Of a stretch of 27,020 nt of DNA, positions 8,299-17,937 are shown piece after piece. The first letter of the stretch is position 1. Each line of letters opens with the position of its first letter. Source of the DNA: Polyangiales bacterium (GTDB lineage Bacteria > Myxococcota_A > Polyangia > Polyangiales > Houyiibacteriaceae); NCBI GenBank assembly GCA_045106895.1, contig JBGCFM010000271.1, positions 1-27,020 of the forward strand. Direction: 5' to 3'. Under the pieces are notes generated by a model, which saw only the letters and a list, made by a program, of their open reading frames with translations, did not search any database and was not told where the DNA came from. A program made the translations under genes and the position numbers.

Positions 8299-9528
8299 AT
8301 GCTCCCCTCTCGCAAGACAAGGGTGACACAGGCGATGCCCGCGGCGGGCAGCGGCGACGATCTTCGGCAAGCCCTCGTCCACTGCCTCGAATTGCTCACG
8401 CAACTTGCCAGCGGAACGAACATCCCGGTGGAGGACAGAGTTCGACTTCGAAGACTCAAAATGTCCGTCTCGTCTGCTCGCGGCGCCGTCGAACTAGAAG
8501 CTGTAGGGCTCGACATCTGCGGACTCGCTCTTCCGCCACCAAGGCCCGTTCGAGGAGGCCCAAGTGTGGACTCCATCGTCGCCGGAGCGGCCCATGTAGC
8601 CGAAGAAGTCGCGGACGCGGCGGCGGTACCTGGCCTAAGCAAAGAGCTCAGGCGCCTCGCGGCAATGCCTGCTCCCTCGCCGCTCCCGCCGGCGCTCGCG
8701 GAGTTTGGCTCGGAGATGAACAAGCTCCGTGATGTCGTGCGGTTTTTGCGCGAACGAGGCGACCTCCTCTCATCCACCGCGACGGGAATGGCGGAACATC
8801 TGGGCGGACTAAGTCCGTCCGGCTCGGAGGCGCTGGCCCGCCTCAACACAAACAAGACCTCCATCGCCGATGCAGACAACCTTGAGGACCTTCAGTCCCT
8901 GCGCACGTCACTCCTCTCAAGCGTCGAGGGCCTCATTCGAGAGACCGAAGCGCGCATCCGAGAGGGTCAAAGTGCGATGGAGCTTGTCCAGATGCACGAA
9001 ACCCACAGGACGCTCTTGGAAGCAGCCCTCGTCAACTCTCGGGAGATGGCACACGGCGACGCGCTCACCGGCTTCGGCAATGAGCGCGCGCTGGACAGCA
9101 TGGTCCGCTCCGACGCCGTCGATGGAGGCGTCGTGGGAGTTATCGCGCTGACTTTGGATGGCCTGGCCCAGAAGCGCGAGCGAGACGGGCGAGACACCGT
9201 AGGTGCCGTCATCCAGCAGTTCGCGCATGCCCTCAAAGGCGAACTCTCCAGCAGCGCCCGAGCGTTTCGCCTAGACGGAGACGTCTTCGTCCTGATGCTG
9301 CCGAACCACGACCTCTCCGCGGCCACCGGCCTCGCCACGAAACTGCATCAGAGGTTCGCCGCGGCTCCCCTTCGTGCGCTTGGACGTGACGTCGACATCC
9401 GCCTCTCTGTCGGCGTCAGCGCCTGGACCGCCGGCAAAGGGTTCCGAGACGTCTTCGCGAAGGCCGACAAACTCCGCGCCATCGTCGCGAAGAAAGGCGG
9501 CAACGCCGTACGATCGATGGCCTGCTAG
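8299..9528 (+). CDS. Degenerate GGDEF-domain protein with helical/coiled-coil N-terminus
   Basis: HGDALTGFGNERAL, TLDGL, AFRLDGDVFVLMLP (GGDEF replaced by DGDVF), LSVGVS, KADKL and AKKGGN. Starts 2 nt after the motB stop; the start could alternatively be ATG 8335. Confidence 0.8.
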   Translation: MLPSRKTRVTQAMPAAGSGDDLRQALVHCLELLTQLASGTNIPVEDRVRLRRLKMSVSSARGAVELEAVGLDICGLALPPPRPVRGGPSVDSIVAGAAHVAEEVADAAAVPGLSKELRRLAAMPAPSPLPPALAEFGSEMNKLRDVVRFLRERGDLLSSTATGMAEHLGGLSPSGSEALARLNTNKTSIADADNLEDLQSLRTSLLSSVEGLIRETEARIREGQSAMELVQMHETHRTLLEAALVNSREMAHGDALTGFGNERALDSMVRSDAVDGGVVGVIALTLDGLAQKRERDGRDTVGAVIQQFAHALKGELSSSARAFRLDGDVFVLMLPNHDLSAATGLATKLHQRFAAAPLRALGRDVDIRLSVGVSAWTAGKGFRDVFAKADKLRAIVAKKGGNAVRSMAC

Positions 9529-11198
9529 CGCGTGAGTTTTCGGTACTTGATCCGCCGGGGAACGTCCGCATCGGCCCCGAGCCGCTTCTTCCGGTCCGCT
9601 GCGTAGTCCGAGTAAGTCCCTTCGAAAAAGAGCACGTTGCTGTCGCCCTCGAACGCAAGAATGTGCGTACAAATACGGTCCAGGTACCAGCGGTCATGGC
9701 TGATGATGAGAACGCAGCCCGGGAACTCAAGGAGCGCGGACTCCAGGGAACGTAGCGTCTCTACATCGAGGTCATTCGTCGGTTCATCGAGGAGCAAGAG
9801 GTTTCCACCGGCCTTCAAGAGCTTCGCGAGATGAACGCGATTTCGCTCGCCGCCACTGAGCTTGCCGACGACCTTTTGTTGGTCGGAGCCGCGGAAGTTG
9901 AACCAACCGCAGTACTGACGTGCGGACACTTTCTTTCCGCCGACATCGACCTCTTCGGCGCCCTCCGAGATGACCTCGTAAACAGTCTTTTCGGGGTCGA
10001 GGTCGTCGCGACCCTGGTCGACATACGACAGCTGAACAGTGTCACCGATGACGATGTTTCCTTCGTCCGGCGTCTCCTCGCCTACGACCATGCGGAAGAA
10101 GGTCGTCTTGCCCGCTCCGTTGGATCCAACGATGCCAACGATGGCTCCGGGCGGAACACGAAACTCGAGGTCGTCGATGAGCAGCTTATCGCCGAAGGAC
10201 TTCCGCAGCTTGCTGACCTCGATGACTTTGTTTCCAAGGCGCGGCCCTGGAGGAATACGGACCTCGTTGGCCTCGCGCTTGTTGTTCTGGGCGTCGCGCA
10301 CCAGCGAATCGAACGCGGTGATTCGCGCCTTGCTCTTGGCTTGGCGTGCTTTGGGGCTGGCTCGGACCCACTCAAGCTCTTGGCGGATCTTGCGCTGACG
10401 TGCGCTCTCGTTCTTCTCTTCCGCGGCGAGGCGCTTCTGCTTCGCGTCGAGCCACTCGGAGTAGTTGCCCTGAAAGGGAATTGCCTGTCCCCGGTCCAAC
10501 TCGAGAATCCAGGAGACAACCGTGTCCAAGAAGTAGCGGTCATGAGTCACGAGAACGACGCAACCTGGGTAGGTCTGCAAGTGACCCTGGAGCCAAGCGA
10601 CGGACTCTGCGTCGAGATGATTCGTCGGCTCGTCGAGGAGGAGAATCTCAGGTTTCTCCAAGAGCAAGCGGCACAAAGCGACGCGGCGCTTTTCACCGCC
10701 GCTTAGCTTGCTTGGGTCAGCGTCGGCGGGCGGTAGACGCAACGCATCCATCGCCAGCTCAAGCATGTGGTCGAGGTTCCAACCATCGACGGCGTCAATC
10801 TTGTCCTGAAGTGCGCCCTGCTTGTCGAGGAGCTTTGTCATCTCCTCGTCGCTCATCGGCTCACCGAGCTTCATGCTGAGCGCTTCAAACTCATCGAGGA
10901 TGTCCCGGGTAGGCTGAACCGCCACTTCGACAGCTTCCTTCACGGTCTTCGCATCGCCGAGGTCTGGCTCCTGAGGCAGGTATCCGACCTTCACGCCGGG
11001 ACGGGTCCAGGTCTCGCCGGTGAAGTTCGTGTCGACGCCGGCCATGATGCGCAGGATCGTCGACTTACCGGTGCCGTTGACACCGATGATCCCAATCTTC
11101 GCCCCTGGAATGAACGAAAGGTAGAGATCCTTGACGATCTTCTTGTCGGGTTCGTGGACCTTCGTGAGGCCCTTCATCGAGAAAACGTAGTCCGCCAT
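9525..11198 (-). CDS. ettA: Energy-dependent translational throttle protein EttA (ABC-F)
   Basis: Two ABC domains (GVNGTGKST/LSGGE/LLDEPTN and GSNGAGKTT/LSGGE/LLDEPTN), the EttA linker ELEWVRASPKARQAKSKAR and C-terminal PRRIKYRKL. Its stop overlaps the convergent GGDEF stop by 4 nt. Confidence 0.96.
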   Translation of the reverse strand: MADYVFSMKGLTKVHEPDKKIVKDLYLSFIPGAKIGIIGVNGTGKSTILRIMAGVDTNFTGETWTRPGVKVGYLPQEPDLGDAKTVKEAVEVAVQPTRDILDEFEALSMKLGEPMSDEEMTKLLDKQGALQDKIDAVDGWNLDHMLELAMDALRLPPADADPSKLSGGEKRRVALCRLLLEKPEILLLDEPTNHLDAESVAWLQGHLQTYPGCVVLVTHDRYFLDTVVSWILELDRGQAIPFQGNYSEWLDAKQKRLAAEEKNESARQRKIRQELEWVRASPKARQAKSKARITAFDSLVRDAQNNKREANEVRIPPGPRLGNKVIEVSKLRKSFGDKLLIDDLEFRVPPGAIVGIVGSNGAGKTTFFRMVVGEETPDEGNIVIGDTVQLSYVDQGRDDLDPEKTVYEVISEGAEEVDVGGKKVSARQYCGWFNFRGSDQQKVVGKLSGGERNRVHLAKLLKAGGNLLLLDEPTNDLDVETLRSLESALLEFPGCVLIISHDRWYLDRICTHILAFEGDSNVLFFEGTYSDYAADRKKRLGADADVPRRIKYRKLTR

Positions 11199-11265
11199 GG
11201 CCGAGGTCATAGCACGTCAGAGCCCTTCGTAGATCGCGCTCCTCGGACCTACCTCCCAGAAGACG

Positions 11266-11294
11266 AAAAAGCCGCACCCAAACGGGCGCGGCTT
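11266..11294 (-). terminator. Rho-independent terminator of the FKBP gene
   Basis: Minus strand AAGCCGCGCCC-GTTT-GGGTGCGGCTT running into a TTTTT tract, about 20 nt downstream of the stop. Confidence 0.75.
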
Positions 11295-11314
11295 CTGCGA
11301 TCAACGGAGAGGAC

Positions 11315-12238
11315 CTAGAGGATCTCGAGGAGCTCGACGTCGAAGACGAGTGTTCCCTGTGGACCTGGGCGACCTTCGTAGGCGAGGTTGGCGGGGATCC
11401 AGAAGCGACGCTTCTCGCCGACCACCATGAGCTGAACACCTTCGGTCCAACCGGGGATGACGCGGTTGAGAGGGAAAGTGGCGGGCTCGCCACGAGTCAC
11501 CGAGGAGTCGAAGAGCTCTCCATCCGTGGTCCAGCCGGTGTAGTGGACGCGAACATTGTTCGTCGCCGTTGGGTGTGCGCTGCCGGTGCCCGGCGTCAAA
11601 ACGCGGGATGCGATTCCGCTCTCCGTGGTCTCGGCACTCGATGGGGCGGCGGCGACGTCTTCTGGGGTCGCAGGCGGCTCGGGCGCATGTTCGACGCTCA
11701 AGAGCTCCACATCAAACACAAGCATTCCGGCGGGTCGACCGGGGCGGCCCTGGTAGGCGAGAGCTTCGGGGATCCAGAGGCGACGCTTCTCGCCGACCTT
11801 CATCAGCTGAAGACCTTCGGTCCACCCCGCGATGACTCCGTTCAGGGGGAACGTAGCAGGGGAGCCGCGCTGCACGGAGCTGTCGAACATCTCGCCATCG
11901 GTGGTCCAGCCTGTGTAGTGAACCGTGACGCGGTCCGCCGCGTTGGTGGGCTGCTCGGAGTTGGTAGAAGGCGTAAGGATGCGTGAGGCGAGTCCCGAGG
12001 CCGTACGCTCAGCGTCGGCGGGGGCTGCTGCTACATCGGAAGGTGCGGCGATAGAACCGCCCATTGCGCTAGGTGCCATTGTTGCTTCCATTTCTGTCGC
12101 GCCGCCGCCCATCGCGGTCTCGGCGCCAGCATTCTCGGAGGCTTCAGGGACCTCCACCGTTTCAACAGCCTCTTCGGTTTCGCCGCTTGGGCAGCCAGCG
12201 AGGGAGAGGCAAAGTGTGAGGAGAGTCAGTGTCCGCAT
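11315..12238 (-). CDS. Lipoprotein with two tandem FKBP-type peptidyl-prolyl isomerase domains
   Basis: Lipobox LAGC. Two copies of [57 protein letters not shown]...LVFDVELL. Confidence 0.95.
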   Translation of the reverse strand: MRTLTLLTLCLSLAGCPSGETEEAVETVEVPEASENAGAETAMGGGATEMEATMAPSAMGGSIAAPSDVAAAPADAERTASGLASRILTPSTNSEQPTNAADRVTVHYTGWTTDGEMFDSSVQRGSPATFPLNGVIAGWTEGLQLMKVGEKRRLWIPEALAYQGRPGRPAGMLVFDVELLSVEHAPEPPATPEDVAAAPSSAETTESGIASRVLTPGTGSAHPTATNNVRVHYTGWTTDGELFDSSVTRGEPATFPLNRVIPGWTEGVQLMVVGEKRRFWIPANLAYEGRPGPQGTLVFDVELLEIL

Positions 12239-12337
12239 GGCGACCGTTTACGCGCACTTTCCAGGTGCCGCAAGTCGCGGATACGTGGCCTCACGTCGAA
12301 GCGCTGGCGGCGTCTCGTGCTTGAACGACGCGGACTT

Positions 12338-12372
12338 AAAGAAAAACGGCCCGCAGCGAAGCTGCGAGCCGT
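12338..12372 (-). terminator. Rho-independent terminator of the repeat lipoprotein gene
   Basis: Minus strand ACGGCTCGCAGC-TTC-GCTGCGGGCCGT followed by TTTTCTTT, about 20 nt after the stop. Confidence 0.8.
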
Positions 12373-12391
12373 GATTCACGAAGCGGAAGGC

Positions 12392-14074
12392 TCAGGGAGC
12401 AGGAGCTTCACACGTGTCAGCGTCGTTGCAGAAGAGCATCGCGGCTGGGTCACAGACCTCGGTGAATCCGCAGTCGTCGCCAGCGTCGGAGAACGTTCCA
12501 GCGTCGATGTCGCCCGTGAGCTCGTTGGACTCGAGCTCAGCGCTGTCGACCAAGGAGATGCGGAAACCGACGGCTTCTGCTGGGAACATTCCCGTGGGTC
12601 CACCACCGACGAAGGCAGCTTCCATGAAGGACGCGAGACCAGCGGCCTCTTCAAGTCCGAAGGTGAACGTTGGGTCGCCTTCGCCGAGGAAGTCGAAGTC
12701 GTCGCCAGCGGCGTCAACGAAGGTGAAGTTGAAGGCAACAACATCAGCGTTGGCGTCGGTTCCGGTGAGGCCCATGGCGAGGAGTGTCACCATGTCTTCG
12801 CCGTCGGGAAGGTTGTCGTAGCGAGTCGTCGTCGCAGCGGTGAGGACAGGAGCGACAGGTGCTTCGCACTCGTCCGTTGCGCCACAAACGAGCATCTCGT
12901 CTGGATCGCAAATCGAAGTGAAGCCACAGCTTCCGCCGACGTCGGAGAACATTCCTGCGTCGATGTCACCGGTGATCTCGTTGGACTCAAGGCCAGCGCT
13001 GTCAGTCACGGAGATTCGGAAGCCGACGGCCTCCGCAGCGAACATCGCGGAAGGACCTGCGTTGACGAAGGTGGCCTCCATGAACGATGCAAGGCCAGCG
13101 ACCTCGTCGAGACCGAAGACGAACGTAAGGTCGCCGCCTTCACCGAGGAAGTCGAAGTCGTCGCCAGCGGCGTCGAGGAACGTAAAGCTGAGGGAGACAA
13201 CGTCGCCGTTGGCGTCGGTGCCCGTAACGCCCATGGCGAGGGACGTTTCGTTGTCTTCACCGAGGTCATCGTAACGAACCGTCGTCGCTGCCGTAAGAAC
13301 CGGAGCTTCCGCGGTCTCGCAGATTTCAGTGGCTCCGCAGACGAGGCCCTCTGCGCAAGCAACGTTTTCGCAGGACTCGCCGACGGCCGCAGGTGCCTGG
13401 CAGATGGCGAGGTCGTTGCAGATAAGATCTCCGCCACATGGAAGTTCGTCGCAAGCGTCGCCGGCGCCGCCGGCTGTGCCGAGAACCTCGGTGCTGAGTT
13501 CAACGATGCCTTCGTCGTCTGCGCCGAAGCCGCTGACGAGTGCGAAGACCGTGTCTCCGCCGTCGCCGATGATCGTGCCTCGGGAGAGAAGAACGCCGTC
13601 AGCATCGTCGAAGCAGACGCCTTCGGTTCCGCACTCGGTGCGAAGGTCGAGGATGGTGTCGAAGTCTTCTGTGCGTGGGTTGTTCGTCGAAACCTCGATG
13701 ACCTGGTCGGCGGCATCGCCGGGAATCGTAATCGCAACGACGACCTGCCCGGTAAGCTCGTTGCCGCAAGACTCGAGAGCCTCGGGTGGAGCGACGGCGG
13801 AGGACGTGTCGATGGTGGTCAAGACGACCTCGGCGGCGTCGGCCGTCACGTTCTCGAGGGCACCGGGATCGCAGATGTTCTCAGGGGCTGGACCGCTGTC
13901 CACAGGAGGACCAGCGTCGGGGCCGGGACCGGTGTCAGGGGTAGGGCCGGTGTCGGGAGTGACCACGACAACGTCGGGCATCCCACCGTCCGCCATGCCG
14001 GCGTCGGTCATCGGGGCATCGTCGTCGCCACACGCGATGGCGGCGACACAAGCTAGGAGAATAATTTTTTTCAT
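12392..14074 (-). CDS. Acidic, Cys-containing surface lipoprotein with two ~151-aa tandem repeats; function unknown
   Basis: MKKIILLACVAAIAC signal/lipobox (start ATG 14074), then a DAG/PDTG linker, a beta-rich PPC-like domain (DFDTILDLRTEC...CFDD), short Cys-rich modules and two long repeats. Confidence 0.85.
   Translation of the reverse strand: MKKIILLACVAAIACGDDDAPMTDAGMADGGMPDVVVVTPDTGPTPDTGPGPDAGPPVDSGPAPENICDPGALENVTADAAEVVLTTIDTSSAVAPPEALESCGNELTGQVVVAITIPGDAADQVIEVSTNNPRTEDFDTILDLRTECGTEGVCFDDADGVLLSRGTIIGDGGDTVFALVSGFGADDEGIVELSTEVLGTAGGAGDACDELPCGGDLICNDLAICQAPAAVGESCENVACAEGLVCGATEICETAEAPVLTAATTVRYDDLGEDNETSLAMGVTGTDANGDVVSLSFTFLDAAGDDFDFLGEGGDLTFVFGLDEVAGLASFMEATFVNAGPSAMFAAEAVGFRISVTDSAGLESNEITGDIDAGMFSDVGGSCGFTSICDPDEMLVCGATDECEAPVAPVLTAATTTRYDNLPDGEDMVTLLAMGLTGTDANADVVAFNFTFVDAAGDDFDFLGEGDPTFTFGLEEAAGLASFMEAAFVGGGPTGMFPAEAVGFRISLVDSAELESNELTGDIDAGTFSDAGDDCGFTEVCDPAAMLFCNDADTCEAPAP
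12395..13321 (-). repeat. Intragenic tandem duplication, 2 units, period 453 nt
   Basis: CETAEAPVLTAATTVRYD...DAAGDDFDFLGEG...AEAVGFRIS...LESNEITGDIDAG versus CEAPVAPVLTAATTTRYD...DAAGDDFDFLGEG...AEAVGFRIS...LESNELTGDIDAG. The first Cys codons are at 13319-13321 and 12866-12868. Confidence 0.9.
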
Positions 14075-14196
14075 AGGCGCAGCTAATAGCAGTCCAAAAC
14101 GGATACGCAAAAGGCCCACGGCACCCTCGATTGGGGGGAGACGCGGGCCGTAGATGGTCAGCGTCCAGGTCGGACGCCGCATTTTATCCTGTAATT

Positions 14197-14787
14197 TCAG
14201 AGTGTTGAGATAACGCCGCAGGCGACGCGGGGTCCGGCGTTGCCGGTGGGCTGACCGCCATCGTCGGCGCTCGCGTGAAGAATCACGGCGCGACCACCGA
14301 TCCCATGCTCTCCGTCCAAATGAAGGTCCGTGAAGCGGAACTCTGTGTTCACGTTGCCATTGGCGTCGGCTTCCACGTTGCCGAGATCGCCAGCATGCCG
14401 AACGTCTGAGTCTGGGAGAGCATGGTCGTGACCATCGGGGTTGAAGTGGCCGCCGGCGCTTGTGCCATCAGGCGCGGAGCAGTCTCCTGTCTCGTGAACA
14501 TGAAACCCATGACGCGTGCCTGGCTCAAACCCCGTCAAAGCCACTCGTACGACGACCTCACCGGACTCCTGGGTGAAGCTGACGGTCCCGTTGACTGTGT
14601 TGCCTTCGGTAGCCGAGACCGTCGCCGTCACCGCCGCGGGGACGACGTCGGTGGGAACATCGTCGCGAATGACCTCAACGGTAGTCTCGCCTCCGGCCGA
14701 CTCCGTCTCGGTGACCTCACTCGTGGTTTCAGTGGAGCCGCCGCACGCGACGAGAAGCAGGACCAGGGATAAAGGTGTCTTTGTCAT
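14197..14787 (-). CDS. sodC: Cu/Zn superoxide dismutase, lipoprotein
   Basis: HGFHVHETGDC, AGGHFNP, HAGDLGN, RAVILHA and GNAGPRVACGVI motifs. Lipobox LVAC, with the start set at MTKTPL (14787). Confidence 0.95.
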   Translation of the reverse strand: MTKTPLSLVLLLVACGGSTETTSEVTETESAGGETTVEVIRDDVPTDVVPAAVTATVSATEGNTVNGTVSFTQESGEVVVRVALTGFEPGTRHGFHVHETGDCSAPDGTSAGGHFNPDGHDHALPDSDVRHAGDLGNVEADANGNVNTEFRFTDLHLDGEHGIGGRAVILHASADDGGQPTGNAGPRVACGVISTL

Positions 14788-14875
14788 GAAGCCCATATAC
14801 ACCAGTTACGAAAGGGATAACACCCGCGTTCAGCCTCGTGAGCTCTCGCGAACTAACCCCAATCGAACGCTGGGC

Positions 14876-15454
14876 CTAGGGGAGACTCTCGGGCTCGTCG
14901 ACGGGAAGCTCTTCGCCCTCCACCTCGATCACATGTCCCCCCTGTGCTCGCCGGAGCAGATCCTCGAGGTCCACCGGCATCCGCCCGCCGCTGGCCGGCC
15001 TCGACACGAAGGGGCCCGCGGCAAAAGGCGAGGCACCGAATGGGGAGGTGCCCAGCGGAGGCTGGGCGCCCTGAACGCGCACTCGCCCTGACTCGACGCC
15101 TTTCTTGAGGCGAGCTCGAACGAGCATAGAAAGACCGCGGCGAGTCCATGGGATCAGAAGCGAGAGACCGAGTGCGTCGGTGAGGACACCCGGCGTCACC
15201 AGCAGGACGCCGCCAACGAGGATAAGGACGCCATCGAGAACGCCATCGGCGGGGACGCGGCCTTCGTTCATATCCTTCTGCCACTTGCTCAACACACGAA
15301 TGCCCTCGTGCTTGGCGAGGCCTGCGCCGAGGATGCCAGTCGCCAGGACGATGCCCACGGTGGGCCAAAACCCAATGAGAGAGCCCACCGTCATCAGAAG
15401 GTAGAACTCAACGAGAGGAACGACGGTGAAAAGCACGAGGAGCAACTTGCCCAT
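14876..15454 (-). CDS. fxsA: FxsA family inner-membrane protein
   Basis: FTVVPLVEFYLL, IGFWPT, TGILGAGLAKHEG and GGVLLVTPGVLTDALGLSLLIP signature. Exact start uncertain (15454-15463). Confidence 0.9.
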   Translation of the reverse strand: MGKLLLVLFTVVPLVEFYLLMTVGSLIGFWPTVGIVLATGILGAGLAKHEGIRVLSKWQKDMNEGRVPADGVLDGVLILVGGVLLVTPGVLTDALGLSLLIPWTRRGLSMLVRARLKKGVESGRVRVQGAQPPLGTSPFGASPFAAGPFVSRPASGGRMPVDLEDLLRRAQGGHVIEVEGEELPVDEPESLP

Positions 15455-15512
15455 AGCCATCACTCATAAGTCGTCGCCTGCGCTTCGCAACAAGACACTC
15501 TTCGACAGGCGT

Positions 15513-16841
15513 TTAGGCGTGCGTTCGTGCGTTTTTCGGCACTTCCCGCCGCGGCGTCAAGGCCTCCGGCGCGGTGGCGAGGGCCTTCATGAGATACGGC
15601 GCCGCCAGCTGAATGAGGTCGAGGTCCGGGTCGAGTTGCTTCCCAAGCCCTTCGGCGACGAGCATCGCCAAGTTCACGACGGTGAACACAGGGTCGATCT
15701 GAATCCGATGTTCACGGAGCACATTCATCATGCCCATTAAGACCTTGCTGGCCTCCATCTCGTGCAGCGGCTTGCCGCGGAGCTCGTCGAAGCGTTCCTG
15801 CACTTGCGACTCAAAGAGCGCGTAGTCGACGTTTGGGCCGACGGTGGGCGCGTAGCAATAGAAGAGGCTGGCAGCGAGGGCGCCGTCTTGCTGCGTGAGC
15901 GCGACGAAGGTCTGGATCCATGGGCCGCGAAACTCATCGTCGATCTCCGCAACGAGGCCAAGGTCGATGAGCACGACTTCGCCCTCCTCGGTGATGACGA
16001 TGTTTCCCGGATGAAGGTCGGCGTGCACGAAGCCGTCGTCGAAGACCATCTGAAGAATCGCATGGAGACCGCGACGGGCGACCTTCTGACGATCCCCGCC
16101 CACGTCCTCGACGTTCGTCGCGCGGACGCCGTCGACAAACTCCATGCACAAGACGCGAGGGCTGCACTGCTCGGGGTAGAGCGCAGGGACACGAACCCCC
16201 TCGGTGCGCTCGAAGTTCGCCGCGAAACGTCGGTTGTTCTCCGCCTCTAACTCAAAGTCGAGCTGGTCACGCATCGCCTTCGCAAATCGCTCGACGGAAC
16301 CAGGCAGCGAGAGCAAGCGCAGCGAAGGAATCCAGTTGAGCACTCGTGCGCCGGTGGCCATGAGCGAAAGGTCACGTTCGACCTGGTTGCGCGCCTTGGG
16401 TCGCTGGACCTTGAGCGCGACCGTCGTGCCATCGCGCAGCGTTCCGCGATGCACTTGGGCTACGCTCGCCGCTGCCAGCGGCTCCTCCTCGACGTGTTCG
16501 ATGAACGAATGCGCTTCTTCACTCAGCTCGGAGCGCAACACCGCCTCGACGACGCGAAAAGGCAGCGGCGCCACCTGGTCCTGAAGCCGCGAAAGCTCCG
16601 ACGCGTACTCATCGCCGAAGAGGTCAGGCCTCGTCGACAAAATCTGACCGAACTTGACGTAGGTCGCGCCAAGGGACTGAAGCAGGTCGGCGAAGACACG
16701 CCCACGCAGCCGGTCTCGCTCGCGACGTGACAGGCGGCCGCTCACCAGGCGAAGCCCGAGGTAGCGCAGCGCGGCCAGCGTCATGTGCCAGAACATGGCG
16801 AGGACGCGGAAGAGCAATAGAAACGGTTGAAGGAGGAACAC
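15513..16841 (-). CDS. ABC1/UbiB/AarF family atypical kinase
   Basis: LGATYVKFGQILSTRPDL, LQDQV, PLAAASVAQVH, VALKVQRP, HADLHPGN and LIDLGLV motifs. Confidence 0.95.
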   Translation of the reverse strand: MFLLQPFLLLFRVLAMFWHMTLAALRYLGLRLVSGRLSRRERDRLRGRVFADLLQSLGATYVKFGQILSTRPDLFGDEYASELSRLQDQVAPLPFRVVEAVLRSELSEEAHSFIEHVEEEPLAAASVAQVHRGTLRDGTTVALKVQRPKARNQVERDLSLMATGARVLNWIPSLRLLSLPGSVERFAKAMRDQLDFELEAENNRRFAANFERTEGVRVPALYPEQCSPRVLCMEFVDGVRATNVEDVGGDRQKVARRGLHAILQMVFDDGFVHADLHPGNIVITEEGEVVLIDLGLVAEIDDEFRGPWIQTFVALTQQDGALAASLFYCYAPTVGPNVDYALFESQVQERFDELRGKPLHEMEASKVLMGMMNVLREHRIQIDPVFTVVNLAMLVAEGLGKQLDPDLDLIQLAAPYLMKALATAPEALTPRREVPKNARTHA

Positions 16842-16865
16842 GAAGGGTCTCGGAAGCTCTTGAGT

Positions 16866-17885
16866 CTAGCTCTCTGGCCGCTCGCGGGCTTCTCGCTCCG
16901 CTCTTCGCTTCGAGTCGCGTTCGTCGTAGGCGCGGATGATGCGGCGGACGAGCGGGTGGCGCACCACGTCGACCTCGGTGAAGTAGCAGAAGCCGATGCC
17001 TTCGACGTTCTTCAGCAGGCGCTCTGCGTCGCGAAGCCCACTCTGACCATTGGGCAAGTCCAGCTGAGTAATGTCGCCGGTGATCACCGCCTGCGAACGG
17101 AAACCAAGTCGCGTCAGGAACATCTTCATCTGGTTTGGCGTCGTGTTCTGAGCCTCGTCGAGAATCACAAACGCGTCGTTGAGCGTGCGGCCACGCATGA
17201 ACGCCAAAGGCGCGACCTCGATAGTGCCGCGGTCGATGAGTACGTTGGCTTTCTCTTCGCCCACCATGTCGTGGAGCGCGTCATAGAGCGGCCGCAGGTA
17301 GGGGTTGACCTTCTCCGTGAGGTCGCCGGGCAAGAACCCAAGCTTCTCGCCTGCCTCGACGGCGGGCCGCGTGAGAATGATCCGCTTCGCGCGCTTCTCC
17401 GTGAGCGCCGCCACGGCCATCGCCATGGCCAAGTACGTCTTGCCCGTTCCTGCGGGGCCGATGCCGAAAACGACATCCTGGCTTTCCACGGTTTGAATGT
17501 ACGCCTGCTGGGCGACGCTCTTCGGCGCGATGGCGCGCTTGCTGCTCGTGCGGAGAACGACGTCGTTCACAAGATCGCGCAGGCGAACGCCCGGGTGGTC
17601 GATGGCGGTGCGTGCGGCGCGCTTGAGCTCCTGAATAGGAAGGCTCTTCTTCTGCATGACGAAGGCGAGCTCCGCCAAGAAGGTCTCGACCTCCGCAACG
17701 CGAGCTGCTTCGCCGACGATGCGGATGGTGTTGCCGCGGAGTCCCAGGCTCACTTCGAGTTCGTCTTCAAGAACACGAAGGTGAGCGCTATTGGGACCGG
17801 TCAGACGCAAGAGCACATCGACGTCGCTTACCTCGACGTCTGCGCTCGCAGCACCCTCTGCTTCTGTGTTCTTCGCGTCACTCAT
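16866..17885 (-). CDS. phoH: PhoH-like ATPase (YbeZ/PhoL type)
   Basis: GPAGTGKT, LTRPAVEAGEKLGFLPGDL, PYLRPLYDAL, PLAFMRGRTL, DEAQN, GDITQLDL and DVVRHPLV motifs. Start set at MSDAK (17885), which avoids overlap with the upstream gene. Confidence 0.95.
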   Translation of the reverse strand: MSDAKNTEAEGAASADVEVSDVDVLLRLTGPNSAHLRVLEDELEVSLGLRGNTIRIVGEAARVAEVETFLAELAFVMQKKSLPIQELKRAARTAIDHPGVRLRDLVNDVVLRTSSKRAIAPKSVAQQAYIQTVESQDVVFGIGPAGTGKTYLAMAMAVAALTEKRAKRIILTRPAVEAGEKLGFLPGDLTEKVNPYLRPLYDALHDMVGEEKANVLIDRGTIEVAPLAFMRGRTLNDAFVILDEAQNTTPNQMKMFLTRLGFRSQAVITGDITQLDLPNGQSGLRDAERLLKNVEGIGFCYFTEVDVVRHPLVRRIIRAYDERDSKRRAEREARERPES

Positions 17886-17937
17886 GGACGTGCGCGATAG
17901 CACGCACCACCCATGAGCCAAGGCGACTCGCTCACGC

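Noticed and set aside
12317..14056. 579-aa plus-strand ORF
   Set aside because: Antisense shadow of the lipoprotein gene. It has no motifs, and the terminator orientation supports the minus strand.
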